This document shows, piece after piece, positions 40,482-51,000 of a stretch of DNA of 64,000 nt. The DNA comes from an uncultured Chloroflexia bacterium (GTDB taxonomy: Bacteria; Chloroflexota; Anaerolineae; Anaerolineales; UBA4823): NCBI GenBank assembly GCA_963709875.1, contig CAVPYB010000012.1, forward strand, positions 392,320-456,319, read 5' to 3'. Both the position numbers and the translations under genes were made by a program. A model generated the notes under the pieces. That model was given only the letters and a program-made list of their open reading frames with translations. It had not been told where the DNA came from and did no database searches. How positions within the stretch are numbered: the stretch's first letter is position 1; each line of letters opens with the position of its first letter.

Positions 40482-43400
40482 TCAATTCCCACACGGGGCG
40501 ACGTTGCGCCAGTTGATCACCAGGTCGTTGACCGTCTGGACGCCGGTGGTGCCGTAGCTCAAAGTGAGCAGGCGGTTGCTTACCTCTTCACAGGTAGAGC
40601 CTTTCTCCACATATTCCCAGGCGCCCAGGGCGAACTTGTACTCGAGGGACGTAAACTCCTTCCCGGTCAGGGTGATCGTCCAATGGGTCGCATCCACCCG
40701 CGTCAGCACCACTCCACCCGGATCCCACTGCGGCAGGTTGCCATCCAGCCGGTCCAGGAAGCCGGCGATATACACTGACCTGCCGGTGCCGTCGGTGGTC
40801 GCCGGGACGGTCACGTTGATGACCAGGGTCACTGTACGCAGTGCAGCAGTCGCCTCGACCTCGCCAGATTCCGGCGAGCGGTTGAAAGAGGTGTCCACCG
40901 AGCGCACCACGTAATAGTAAGTTATGTCCTGCACCACGTCCAGATCAACGAAGCTCGTCGTGCCGACCACCATCGCCAGCGTGGTGTACGGTCCGCCCAT
41001 CACGTCGCTGCGGCGAATCTCGTAGCCGTGCAGCGTGGGGTCACCGGCTACGGCATCCCAGTTCAGCTCGATCCCTGCCGGAGACTCCGAGACGACCCGC
41101 AGGCCGGTCGGCGTGTCCGGTAGTGTCGTATCTCCGCTGGAGTTCACCGTCAGCACTCCCGGGTTGGGCGGCAGCCCACCGGCAGGTACCGGCCCGTTGA
41201 GGTCGGCATACAGCCAGTCACGCCCGTTTGTGGTGCTGTATCGGTAAACGTAGTCGAAGACTCCCGTCATCTCCGGCAGCAGGCTGGCGGCGAACTCATC
41301 GTTATTGCCGGCATCGACATTGAAGCTGGCATCTACCCAGACCCAGCCTGGCGTCCCGTCTGGATTGCTGCCCTGCGGGCCGAAGCCCAGCTGGGCCAGC
41401 AGAGACCCTGTAGCACCCGGCTGGCTGGTGACGCCATCGATCCACACCTGCCCGTAAGCATTGCCGGTGCGGTTGACGGTGCTGATCGTGTGAACCAGAA
41501 GTCGGCGGCCACTGCAGGTTCGCCCAGCCGATCTGGTAGTGCGGCAGGGCGCTGACCTGGTTGGAGTGCTCGCTCTCGTTGCCGGTCTGGTCCAGGGCAG
41601 TGACCACATAATAGACCATGCGGGCATTCTTCAAGCCGGTATCGGTATAGCTGGTGTCTGCCAATGGGGCGGAGTTCACCTTGACCCAGCCACCGCCGCT
41701 CAGCGGGCTGCGGTAGAGGTTATAGCCGGCTGCACCTTCCACCGGGTTCCAGGCCAGGCTGGCTGTGGCATCCCCTTCACCGGTCAATACCAGCTCATCA
41801 GAGGCCTCTGGTGGCTGCAGGTCGGCGCGGAAGGCCAGGAGCAGCACCGCGCTGAGCGGGTCCAGCTCCACATGCAGCGTGCCATTGCTGACCACTGCCT
41901 GGGTGCCGAAATTGTTGCCGACCTTGTATACCACCCACATGCGCACGCCGTCCGGCAGGTAACCCGCGACCGGGATATCCAGCGCCTGCGGCTGGTCGCT
42001 GCGGTTGATCGCCACAACCGCTGCCTGCCGGGAGGTCTTGCGCCCGAAGGCAACACTGTCTGCGGCGTCATCCGCCAGCAGGGTGTGGAAATCGCCGCTG
42101 ACCAGCACCGGGAAGAACCTACGCAGGAAGGACAGCCCTTTGTAGTAGACGATCATCGCATTGTCAGGCCGCCCGCCGGTCTGGATCCAGGGGTAGGTCC
42201 GCCGGTCATCCGGGTCGTCGTCTCCCGTCACGCCGGCCTCATCTCCAAAATAGATAGTCGGCGCGCCAGGCATGCTGTACTGGATCATGGCTGCGATCTG
42301 CTGGCGGCGCTTGCCTTCCGCCAGGTTGGCTTCATCCAGCTCCCTATCAGCCGTAGTCTCAGCACCTGGTGTAAGCGCCCACAGGATGCGTTCCGTGTCG
42401 TGACTGCCAACCAGGTTCATCAGCGAGTAGTACACCGTATCCGGATAGTCCTCGCGGATCGATTCCAGTCGCGCCGCAAACTCAGACGGCGCGATCGGGC
42501 GCCCGCTGTCGGCAAAGCCCTTGGAATCGAAGACGCCCGGCGAGAGCAGACCCAGAACCGCATCCCGCATGCGGTAGTTCATAGTCGTATCTGCACGGTC
42601 ACCGCGCAGGAAGCGCAGCAGCGTGCTGTCCTTCTGCCACAGCTCGCCGATGATAGCCGCATCCGGCGAGGTGTCTTTGGCAACTTCCCGGAAGCCTTCC
42701 CAATAGCCCGCCGGGAAGGATGGGTCGCCCATCACGTCCTGGCGCCAGCCGGCGATGTCTTTCTCCAGCCAGAAATTCGTAACGCTGTCCGGGTTGAAGA
42801 TAAAGTAATCCTGTATATCCGGGTTGGATTTCTGGATCACGGGGATGCTGTCGAATCCGAACCAGCCGTCATAGTAGGTGTCATCCCCACCTGGGGTTGA
42901 CGGTGCGCAGGGGGAGGGGTCGTTAATACCGGGTGGTCGGAAGTTGAACCAGCCGCGGTAGTCCGAATCGCCCGCCTCGCAGGCACCCACTGGGTCATAG
43001 TGGCTGTAGCGGTCGAATTTCGGGCTGTCGGAGGACATGTGGTTGAAGACACCGTCCAGGATGATCTTGATACCGTGCTGGTCTGCCTTGCGCACCAGCT
43101 TCTCGAAATCCTTCATATCGCCCAGGTAGGGGTCGATGCTGTAGTAGTCGGCGGTGTCGTAGCGGTGGTTGGACCTGGCATCGAAGATCGGATTGAAGTA
43201 GATCGCCGTCACGCCCAGCTTCCTCAGGTACGGAAGCTGCTGTTCGACACCCTTCAAGTCGCCTCCGTAGTAATCACGCCCGCGCGGGCTCTCGATGGTC
43301 GGGCTCCAGGGAGGCGGTGTATCGTCATAGCGCCAGGGGCAGTTCAGGTTGGCGTCCGCGTAGTTGCGGCAGTAGCCCTCCGGCAGCGTGTTCCAGGGCA

Positions 43401-45297
43401 GTATGATCACCGGGTCGTCGTAGCGGACATCGCCGTTCTCAGGATCGTTCTGCGGGTTGCCGTTCTTGAAGCGGTCGGGGAAGATCTGGTAGATGACCGC
43501 ATCGCGCATCCACTCGGGAGCGGTGAACTCCGGATCGTAAACCATCAAGGCAAAGCTGTCATCGACCGCGTCGTCGCTGACGCTGCCCATCCCGCCGTCC
43601 AGGGCGGGGGTGTCGTCGGCATAGTAGTCGGTATCTGTGCCATCCGTGACGATGAAGCGGTACCACAGGTTGTTGGGCTCATCGTTCGGCAGGGTGACCT
43701 CCCAGAAGTCGCAGGTGCGTGGCTCGAGACTCGCCTGGTAGCAGGATACGTCGGCAGCCGCCACGCTCATATCGTAGAAGCGCTGGCTGGTGCTGTTCAG
43801 CTCATACACCCGCAGCCTGACGGAGGTCACGTCGTTGTGGAAGGTGCGCAGGCGCAGCGTGACCGGCGTCCCGGCAGGCACCGCTCCACCCGGGGTGCGG
43901 TACAGGGTATCGCGCGAGTCGTGCCGCACGCCGTCCCACTCCACATCATCCGGAGCGCTGATGGTCAGGATATGGCTGAGCGGGTCGTAGGTGAAGCTCA
44001 TCTCGACCCCATCGGCAGGCACGACGAACGGTATATTGGCGCCACCGGGCACGCCGCCCTGACCGTAATTCTCGCTCCAGCTCTCGTTGATGGTCACCTT
44101 GGCTTCGTAGCTGCCTGCCGGGATAGCAGTGGTGGAGAAGCTGTAGGTGCCGTCCCCATCCGGGTCCTGCAGCCAGGAGCGCAGACAGCCCGGGTCCCAG
44201 TCGCCGCCGCAGCCCAGGGCGCTCTGGAAGCTGCCTGGCACGGTGACGATCACCGCGTTCTGGTTATCAGTGATCCAGTGCGTCTTGTGGTCGTAGTAGA
44301 ACTTGACATCGGTGTCCGCCCCCAGGCTCAGGGGTATATTAGCGCCATCCCGAGTGGCGTTCTGCCCGTAGTTCTCGGTCCAGCTGTCGTCCAGGGCGGC
44401 TTTGTATTCATATGTCCCCGCCGGGACGCTGAAGACCAGCTGCCAGACGTCATCTTCGAAGTCATAGCCCAGGTGCGTGGCAGCGCAGGACGGGTCCCAA
44501 TCGCCGGGGCAGCCCAGCTCATCTTGCAGGCTGCCGACGATGGTCACGCTGGAAGGTCCCGGAGGCAGCGGCGGTGTGGAGGTGATGGTCAGGATGTGGC
44601 TGACAGGGTCGTAGGTGAAGGTCACCGTATCTCCTGCGCCAACTGTAAAGGGGATATTTGCCCCGCCCGGCACGCCGCCTTGACCGTAGTTTTCCGACCA
44701 ATCCTCATTGATCGTTACCTTAGCTTCATAGCTGCCGGCAGGGATGGCAGTGGTGGAGAAGCTGGACATGCCGTCCCCGTCGGGATCCTGCAGCCAGGAG
44801 CGCAGGCAGCCCGGGTCCCAGTCGCCGCCGCAGCCCAGCGCGCTCTGGAAGCTGCCCGGTACGGTGGCGATGACCGCGTTCTGGTTATCGGTGATCCAGT
44901 GCGTCTCGTGATCGTAATAGAACTTGACCGTGGTTTGCGCCGCCAGGTTGAGCAGGATGTTGGCGCCGTTGAAGGCCGCGTTCTGCCCGTAGTTCTCGGT
45001 CCAACTGTCGTTCAGGGCAGCTTTATATTCGTAAGCACCGGCCGGGAGATCCCAGCTGCCCTGCCAGACGGCATCTTCGGCGTCGTAACCCAGATAGGTG
45101 GCGGCGCAGGTCGGGTCCCAATCGCCTGGGCAGCCCAACTCGTCCTGCAGGCTGCCGGCAATGGTCACCGAAGCCGGGTCCGGCGTGTGGTTCGCCGCCA
45201 CCGGCACTGCCGGCAGGATGGGCGACAGCACGCCCAGCGCCATCGCCAGCAATCCAAGCCAGGATATCCATGATCTTCGTATTCTCGTAGTGTGCAT
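40482..45297 (-). pseudogene. GH13 alpha-amylase-family enzyme (amylopullulanase-like) with 4 N-terminal X25/PUD-type modules, FN3-like domains and a C-terminal starch-binding module; one frame disruption near 41499
   Basis: Signal peptide; GSLQDELGCPGDWDP / GSFQSALGCGGDWDP modules x4; catalytic blocks DAVIYQIFPDRF, ILDGVFNHMS, GWRQDVMGD, IIGELW, VGSHDTERI; C-terminal VYIAGF...WDPGG...LEYKF (CBM20-like). Removing one T near 41499 joins ...LQWPPT to LVHTISTVNRTG. Confidence 0.8.
43930..45171 (-). repeat. tandem 621-bp (207-codon) in-gene duplication
   Basis: CTGCAGCCAGGAGCGCAG... at 44167 recurs at 44788 (offset 621 nt); long near-identical stretches; each unit encodes two X25-type modules. 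Confidence 0.8.
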
Positions 45298-45380
45298 TAT
45301 TCTCTCCCTTGTGATCCATTACAAATAAGTAGAATTCGACCAGAAATTGGTGCGTCATCACAGTTTACAACCCAATAACA

Positions 45381-45404
45381 TAAAAACCGGCTGCCTGCCG
45401 GTTT
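45381..45404 (-). terminator. intrinsic-terminator-like hairpin, minus-strand orientation
   Basis: AAACCGGC / GCCGGTTT stem with a 5-nt loop; on the minus strand it is followed by TTTTTAT; located 5' of the GH13 start. Confidence 0.45.
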
Positions 45405-45560
45405 CGCTACTGGCTCCACACCGACCTCCCCCATCCACCTGGACAGGATAAGCGACCAGATTTGGTCAGTGCATCATCGCTCCAAGGGAACTTGTGGTAG
45501 CTCTAGTATAGACAGGTGTGGCACGATTGTCAATCAGGAATATGCGCCCACCGGCACCAA

Positions 45561-45593
45561 TGATATAATGTACTTACTGCGTAAGTACATTAT
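45561..45593 (+). promoter_or_regulatory. extended -10 promoter (TGATATAAT) overlapped by a 13-bp-arm perfect palindrome (probable antitoxin operator)
   Basis: TGATATAAT at 45561-45569; ATAATGTACTTAC-TGC-GTAAGTACATTAT at 45565-45593; GGAG at 45595-45598; ATG at 45602/45605. Confidence 0.6.
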
Positions 45594-45601
45594 TGGAGTT
45601 A

Positions 45602-45853
45602 ATGATGCTGCGAAAAGTATTCAAAACCGGGAACAGCCTGGTGGTTTCCCTGCCAAAAGATGCGCTGGATGCCCTTGGCATCCAGGAAGGCGCCGATGTA
45701 TCCGTCGACCTGGATAAAGAAGGTCGCCAGATCGTCATCACCCCGCTGGAGATGCCGTTGGCCTCTGCCGGCGTGGACGAGACCTTCGCCCGCCAGGTGG
45801 CCGATTTCATCGAGCAGTACCGCCCTGCACTGGAAGCTCTGGCGAAAGAATGA
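45602..45853 (+). CDS. AbrB/MazE/SpoVT-family antitoxin
   Basis: VFKTGNSLVVSLPKDALDALGIQEGADVSVDLDKEGRQIVITP is a swapped-hairpin AbrB-type domain; stop overlaps the toxin ATG (ATGA). Confidence 0.8.
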   Translation: MMLRKVFKTGNSLVVSLPKDALDALGIQEGADVSVDLDKEGRQIVITPLEMPLASAGVDETFARQVADFIEQYRPALEALAKE

Positions 45854-46248
45854 ATTACCTGACAACCGAGCAGGTGCTTTTCCTGCACGCCCGCCTGATA
45901 GAAGAAACCGGCGGGACTCACGGCGTGCGAGATTTAGGTCTCCTGCTCTCAGCGCTGGGCAAGCCGCTCGCCAGCTTCAAAGACCAGGATCTGTATCCGG
46001 ACGTCTTCAGCAAAGCGGCTGCAATGATGGATTCCCTCATCCGTAACCACCCTTTTCTGGATGGGAACAAGCGCACAGGCGTGATGGCTGGCGGGCTTTT
46101 CCTGCTGCGTAATGGGTTCCAGTTGACCGCCAGTAACGCCAGCCTGGAAGCGCTGGCGTTAGATATTGCCCAATCGAAAGTTGCGATCGAAGAAATGGCG
46201 ATCTGGATAAGAGCTAATGCGCAAGCAATTGTAGATGGGGTTTACTGA
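45850..46248 (+). CDS. doc: Fic/Doc-family (death-on-curing) toxin
   Basis: LTTEQVLFLHARLIEETGG...GVRDLGLLLSAL and the Doc-type Fic motif HPFLDGNKRTG. Confidence 0.85.
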   Translation: MNYLTTEQVLFLHARLIEETGGTHGVRDLGLLLSALGKPLASFKDQDLYPDVFSKAAAMMDSLIRNHPFLDGNKRTGVMAGGLFLLRNGFQLTASNASLEALALDIAQSKVAIEEMAIWIRANAQAIVDGVY

Positions 46249-46288
46249 GGCTATCAGCTCTTTATTTCCCGACAAATCCAGGTTGGTG

Positions 46289-46320
46289 ATTTATCCTGTA
46301 CATTTCTGTACAGGATAAAT
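46289..46320. other. perfect 14-bp-stem hairpin at the doc / orphan-RHS junction
   Basis: ATTTATCCTGTACA-TTTC-TGTACAGGATAAAT; contains the stop codon of the orphan RHS fragment. Confidence 0.6.
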
Positions 46321-46652
46321 TGACGTTTGGGGAATACCAGGCTCATAATTGCCTGCCCGCAGGTAGATCAGGCTGGTGGGGTCGCGCCACTCGCCGGTGA
46401 AGGCGTAGCTGCTCGTCGCCTTCCCGGCGCTGCTCAGCACCTCCCCAAAAGGCTCGTAGCTCCTGGCTAACTGCACCTGACCGCTGGCATCCACCAACTG
46501 CCGCACGCTGCCCAGCGCATCACCCAGGAAATACTCCCGCTGGGTGGGCGTCTCCTGAGCGATCCTGCCCAGGCCGTACAGGTAGATAGACCCTGACGGG
46601 TCACCCGTGCCGCTGCTCGCCAGCACCTGCGCAGGTCGTTGTTAAGGTCTAG
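46291..46652 (-). pseudogene. orphan RHS core fragment
   Basis: 46355-46652 matches 48538-48834 with 12 substitutions and one 1-nt indel (hand alignment). Encodes ...LYGLGRIAQETPTQREYFLGDALGSVRQLVDASGQVQLARSYEPFGEV...YLRAG, then degenerates (NYEPGIPQTS versus YYDPATGRFLTS) and stops. Confidence 0.8.
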
Positions 46653-46823
46653 GACGTAGCGAGTGGTGACTACAGCCGCAACTTGTCACACCCAGCCACC
46701 GTGTCTATGCTACTTATCGACCACAATTAGCAGTTACTCATCTACTGAAAAATTGAATAAAGAGACCTATCCAGGATTATTAATTCAACTGTAAATAAGG
46801 GCAATGTGTGCCACCTGGATAGT

Positions 46824-47597
46824 TCAAACTCCACGAACTATCTCTATGTTATAACCTTTGATATTATTTTCTTTCATAAGTTTATATAAGCGGGCGCTGA
46901 TTAACATCAATGGTTCTGGAACCAGCAGACCGCGTCGAACGCCAATCATTTCACTGGTCCTAACAATATCGCTACCATCCCAAGTTTCAGGCTTAATCCA
47001 TAGTTCCGATAGTATGTTCAACCCAAGCACATGTCCCAATGGGCATCGATAAGATCCCTCAGGGTCTTCATGGAATGGATTAATGCCAAACCGGGTGGGT
47101 GGAGAAAGGATAGTTACAGGGTTAGAAATAACCTTAGGCTGATACCAGGCTGGGTGGGCTTTTCCCTTTCTTTGTGAATCCTGTCTGCGCATATTAGCAT
47201 ACTCATCTGTTGCGAGCTCAACAAGGTGCGCCTGTTCTTGTCGATTTAACCATACCCAGAATTGCCATGTTGGATACGGGAAGCCATCTGCTTCGGCGAG
47301 ATCTAAAATCTTCTTACCGCTTGGTACTATTGAAAGATCAAAGGGCTCGTCCTCATATCGAGCTTTGTGGTGTACGCGATGAAATTCAACTCCAGAAATC
47401 TGTTTCTCAACAAGTCGTTCTACAATGCGTTGTGAGACAACCCATTCATTAGCAATTGTGCGAGCGATATCGCTGCTCTTCGGAATTTTGCGAAGGTCGA
47501 GTATTAATTCTGTTTCCTGCACTCGACCCGCTCCGCAAATCGAGCAGGCGACTGAATTCGTCGTACTTCGTGCCACTTTCTTCTCCGGCTGGTTCAA
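46824..47597 (-). CDS. hypothetical protein, candidate RHS-toxin immunity protein (one CxxCG motif)
   Basis: 257-aa ORF in the AT-rich block immediately 3' of the RHS toxin tip; contains ACSICGAG; no family recognised with confidence. Confidence 0.4.
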   Translation of the reverse strand: MNQPEKKVARSTTNSVACSICGAGRVQETELILDLRKIPKSSDIARTIANEWVVSQRIVERLVEKQISGVEFHRVHHKARYEDEPFDLSIVPSGKKILDLAEADGFPYPTWQFWVWLNRQEQAHLVELATDEYANMRRQDSQRKGKAHPAWYQPKVISNPVTILSPPTRFGINPFHEDPEGSYRCPLGHVLGLNILSELWIKPETWDGSDIVRTSEMIGVRRGLLVPEPLMLISARLYKLMKENNIKGYNIEIVRGV

Positions 47598-48040
47598 TCT
47601 TGCGGAGTGGCATCAGCCGAAGGAGTTCAGAGGAATCCAACTCGGCTTGTGTATACTGGCGCCGAATTGTTGCCGAAAATCCGATTAGATTTTTTTCTTC
47701 AAACTGCCCCAAGAGAAATCGCAGTCGTTGATATACTGGGTCATTTTTCTCTACTACTATCCTTCGAGTACAATTCCCCAATACGTTCTCCAGTCGAACC
47801 TAATATCTTTGTAGCCCACTCTTCTGGTAGTCGTATGTCAATAATCTCTCGCATTGGCCTTATCTACACTAACCAATTTAATTATGGTAGTTGCCGAATT
47901 CCCAGGTAAAGGGAATCGCTCATAAAGTTCTTGAAGGAAAACACGTATCTCCTCTTTGTTGTAAGGACCTCCTCCATATGGAAATCTTTTCCTGGTTTCA
48001 TTCGTGATCAATTGGTGATATGCAGCATTAAGCTTTACTT
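47598..48040 (-). other. fragmentary ORFs between the RHS stop and the 257-aa ORF (possible 5' part of the same gene, or small immunity genes)
   Basis: Three consecutive minus-strand readings in different frames: ...KRFPYGGGPYNKEEIRVFLQELYERFPLPGN..., MREIIDIRLPEEWATKILGSTGERIGELYSK..., ...VVEKNDPVYQRLRFLLGQFEEKNLIGFSATIRRQYTQAELDSSELLRL... Confidence 0.3.
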
Positions 48041-48049
48041 ACCTATACA

Positions 48050-51000
48050 CTACCGATTATCGCCCACACTTCGTAAGGGGTGAACAATCAACACGTAGCA
48101 AAATATGCCATTGGGGTCTCCACCAAGGTATATAGGCCATATGTGGTGGAAGTGATATTTTTCGGCCAGTTTCGGGTACTTTAACCTAGCTAATTCGGTA
48201 AGTTCATCTACTTTACTTGCAATCTTGGCAACTTCGTCGAATTTCCCTATCTTACCAATTAATCCAATTGATGGAATAACCGGCAATAGACCAATCACAT
48301 CTAGTGCCAGCCATCCAGCGTTACCCCAGCTTGGGCATTCGATGAAATCGTACAAGCTCCACAGAAATGAGCCGATGTCCACAATGTCCCAAGGGGCAAA
48401 TAGACCAGACGGGTCGGTATAGGTGACTGGGCTATTGGCCACATACACATATGGTTGCTGCGTATGTGGAGCATGCAATATCCCTGGGAAAGGATCGCTC
48501 GTCAGGAACCTGCCCGTCGCCGGGTCGTAGTAGCGCGCCCGCAGGTAGATCAGGCTGGTGGGGTCGCTCCACTCGCCGGTGAAGGCGTAGCTGCTGGCTG
48601 CCTCCCCGGCGCTGCTCAGCACCTCCCCGAACGGCTCGTAGCTCCTGGCTAACTGCACCTGACCGCTGGCGTCCACCAACTGCCGCACGCTGCCCAGCGC
48701 ATCACCCAGGAAGTACTCCCGCTGGGTGGGCGTCTCCTGAGCGATCCTGCCCAGGCCGTACAGGTAGATAGACCCTGACGGGTCACCCGTGCCGCTGCTG
48801 GCAAGCACCTGCGCCAGGTCGTTGTTAAGGTCCAGAGTGTAGTCGACCCTGCTGGTGAAGATGCCGTTGGTCAGCTCGTAGGCCAGCCGGTCGCCGAGGC
48901 CATTATAATAGAATTTGTGGGAGAACTGAGATAAATGGGGGCGGTAGTCGATCAGGCGGTTGGCATGGTCGTAGGTGTAATAGTAGCCCCCATCGGATAG
49001 CAGGTTGCCGTTGTCGTCCCAGGTGTAATTCGCTCCGCCCGCATTGGTCAGGCGGTTGGCGTAGTCGTAGGTGTAGCTGGTTGTCCCGCTGCGTGTCGTT
49101 TCGCTCAGCCGGTTGCCGGCAGCATCGTAGCTGTAATGGTAAAGCTCTCCGCTGTCGTAATCCGCAGACGTCAGACGGTTGAGCCGGTCGTAGTCGTAGC
49201 TGATGGTCTGGCTGATCCCCTCGCCGGCGAGCATCTCCAGCGTGCCCTTCAGACCTGTGGAAAACTCCGGGCTTTTCTCGACAACGTTCAACGCCGGGTC
49301 ACCGGCTGACTGGCTCGATCCACCCCCATAGCAGGACATCACAAAGCTTTCCGGACCGATATAGCTCTGGCGGCGGGATACGAAGGCGTCGAAGCAGTAC
49401 GTCCCACGCGTAGCTGGGTCAACCCCATCCACTGCCCCAAGACGGACCCGGTCGACCCGCTGCTGGTCGTTGTCCACGCCGGTCAGGTCTGCCTTTTGCA
49501 CGCCATCCATCCAGAGCGTCAGCCTGCCGTTGTTGCTCCCCGGCGCGCTTGCCGCCTGCCAATCGATCTCGATGCCATGAGGGGCGTCGGTCATTCCAAA
49601 CCATGCCGAGTACACCCAGGTGTTGTTGTCTCGCCTGATGCCGACCTGCACCTGGTAAGGGGATGTACCGGTTACTTTCCGGATTTGGATTCGCAGCACG
49701 GGGTTGGTGCTGCTGGAGGAGGGATACCCTGCGAAGATAGTATGGATATCGCTGCTTCCCATCGATATCGAATTGGGATCAATGTAGAAGCGCGCCCGGT
49801 AGCGCGGCTCCAAAGCGGGCAAATCATCCCAAACATACAGGCTGCTGTTATAGAGCATCACCTGCATACCATATTGGCCGGTCAAGGCGGCATCCGGACT
49901 CACGCTGAGGAGCAGGCTGCTCACGTAGCCGCTCCAGGCGGAGAAGCTGCCCGACTCGAACCCATCGGAGAAGATCGGGTCGGGGATCGTTGTAGCTGTG
50001 GGTGTGCGGGTGGGCGTGCTGGTCGGCGTACGGGTGGGTGTAGGCGTGCTGGTTGGCGTAGGTGTCCTGGTCGGAGTAGGCGTGGATGTGGCGGTTGGCG
50101 TGGATGTCGGGGTGGCAGTTGCGGTTGGCGTCGGCGTGGCGGTCTCCGGGTAGCTCACCTGCTCGACTGCCTGCACGCGGTTGCCGGCAGGGTCGTAGCC
50201 GTAATCGAAGGATGAGAGCAACTGCCCGGAACGCTCGTGCTGCAGCGAGAGCAATTGACCCAAATTGTCATAGCCGTAGCTGGAAGCGACCCCGTTGGGC
50301 AGCAGCGCCTGCTCCAGCCGGCCGAGCGGGTCGTAGTCGTATTGGGTGATACCCAGGCTCCAGTCGCTGACCTGCACCAGGCGGTCCAGGGCGTCGTACT
50401 GGTAGCTGACCGATTTCAGGTCGGGGTAGGTCAACCCGGTGCGGTTGCCCAGCTCATCATAGCTGTAGCCGACCACAGCGCTGAACGGGTCGCTGATCGT
50501 CTCGACCCGCCCCAGGTCGTCGTAGTCCCAGGTGGTGGTGCCCAGCCCGTCGGTCATCACCGTGCGCCAGCCCAGGGCGTTATAATCGAAAAATACATCC
50601 GCATCCGGAGTCGGGTAGTCGATGGCCGTCAGCCTGCCCAGCGGATCATAGGTGTAGCCGGTCGTGGCGTTCAGCGCATCGGTGGTCGAGATCAGGTTGC
50701 CTTCGGGGTCATAGACATAACTCTGGGTGTGGTTCAGCGGGTCGCTCTCGCTCACCAGGCGGTTCAGCGCATCATAGACGAAAGAGGTCACATCCTGCCG
50801 CCCTTCCAGGACGGCGCGGGCGTCGCGGATGGCGAGCAGGTTGCCGGCTGGGTCGTAGCTGTACTCTCTGCGCACGTTGGTCTCGTGGTCGGGGATGTAT
50901 CCCGGCCTGTAGTTCACGACCACCGCCGCCAGCCGGTTGAGCGGGTCGTACTCATAGGCAGTGACCACACCGTTGGCGTCGGTCTTGCCGACCAGGTTGC

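Noticed and set aside
43000-45273. 757-aa plus-strand ORF (and similar long ORFs at 41539-42900, 55212-56276, 39793-40452, 22263-22871, 4017-4685)
   Set aside because: These are antisense shadows of clearly assignable genes in high-GC DNA. Their translations are Arg/Gly/Ala/Pro/Val-rich with no motifs, while the opposite strand carries complete family signatures.
46824-47597. Assignment of the 257-aa protein to the double-CxxCG immunity family
   Set aside because: Only one CxxCG motif (CSICG) is present in the intact frame, and the second expected motif was not found. It is kept as a generic candidate immunity protein.
49985-50146. Short tandem repeats that could suggest a CRISPR-like or satellite array
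   Set aside because: They are in-frame ACx/CCx codon repeats encoding a Pro/Thr linker within the RHS ORF, with no spacer-repeat organisation.
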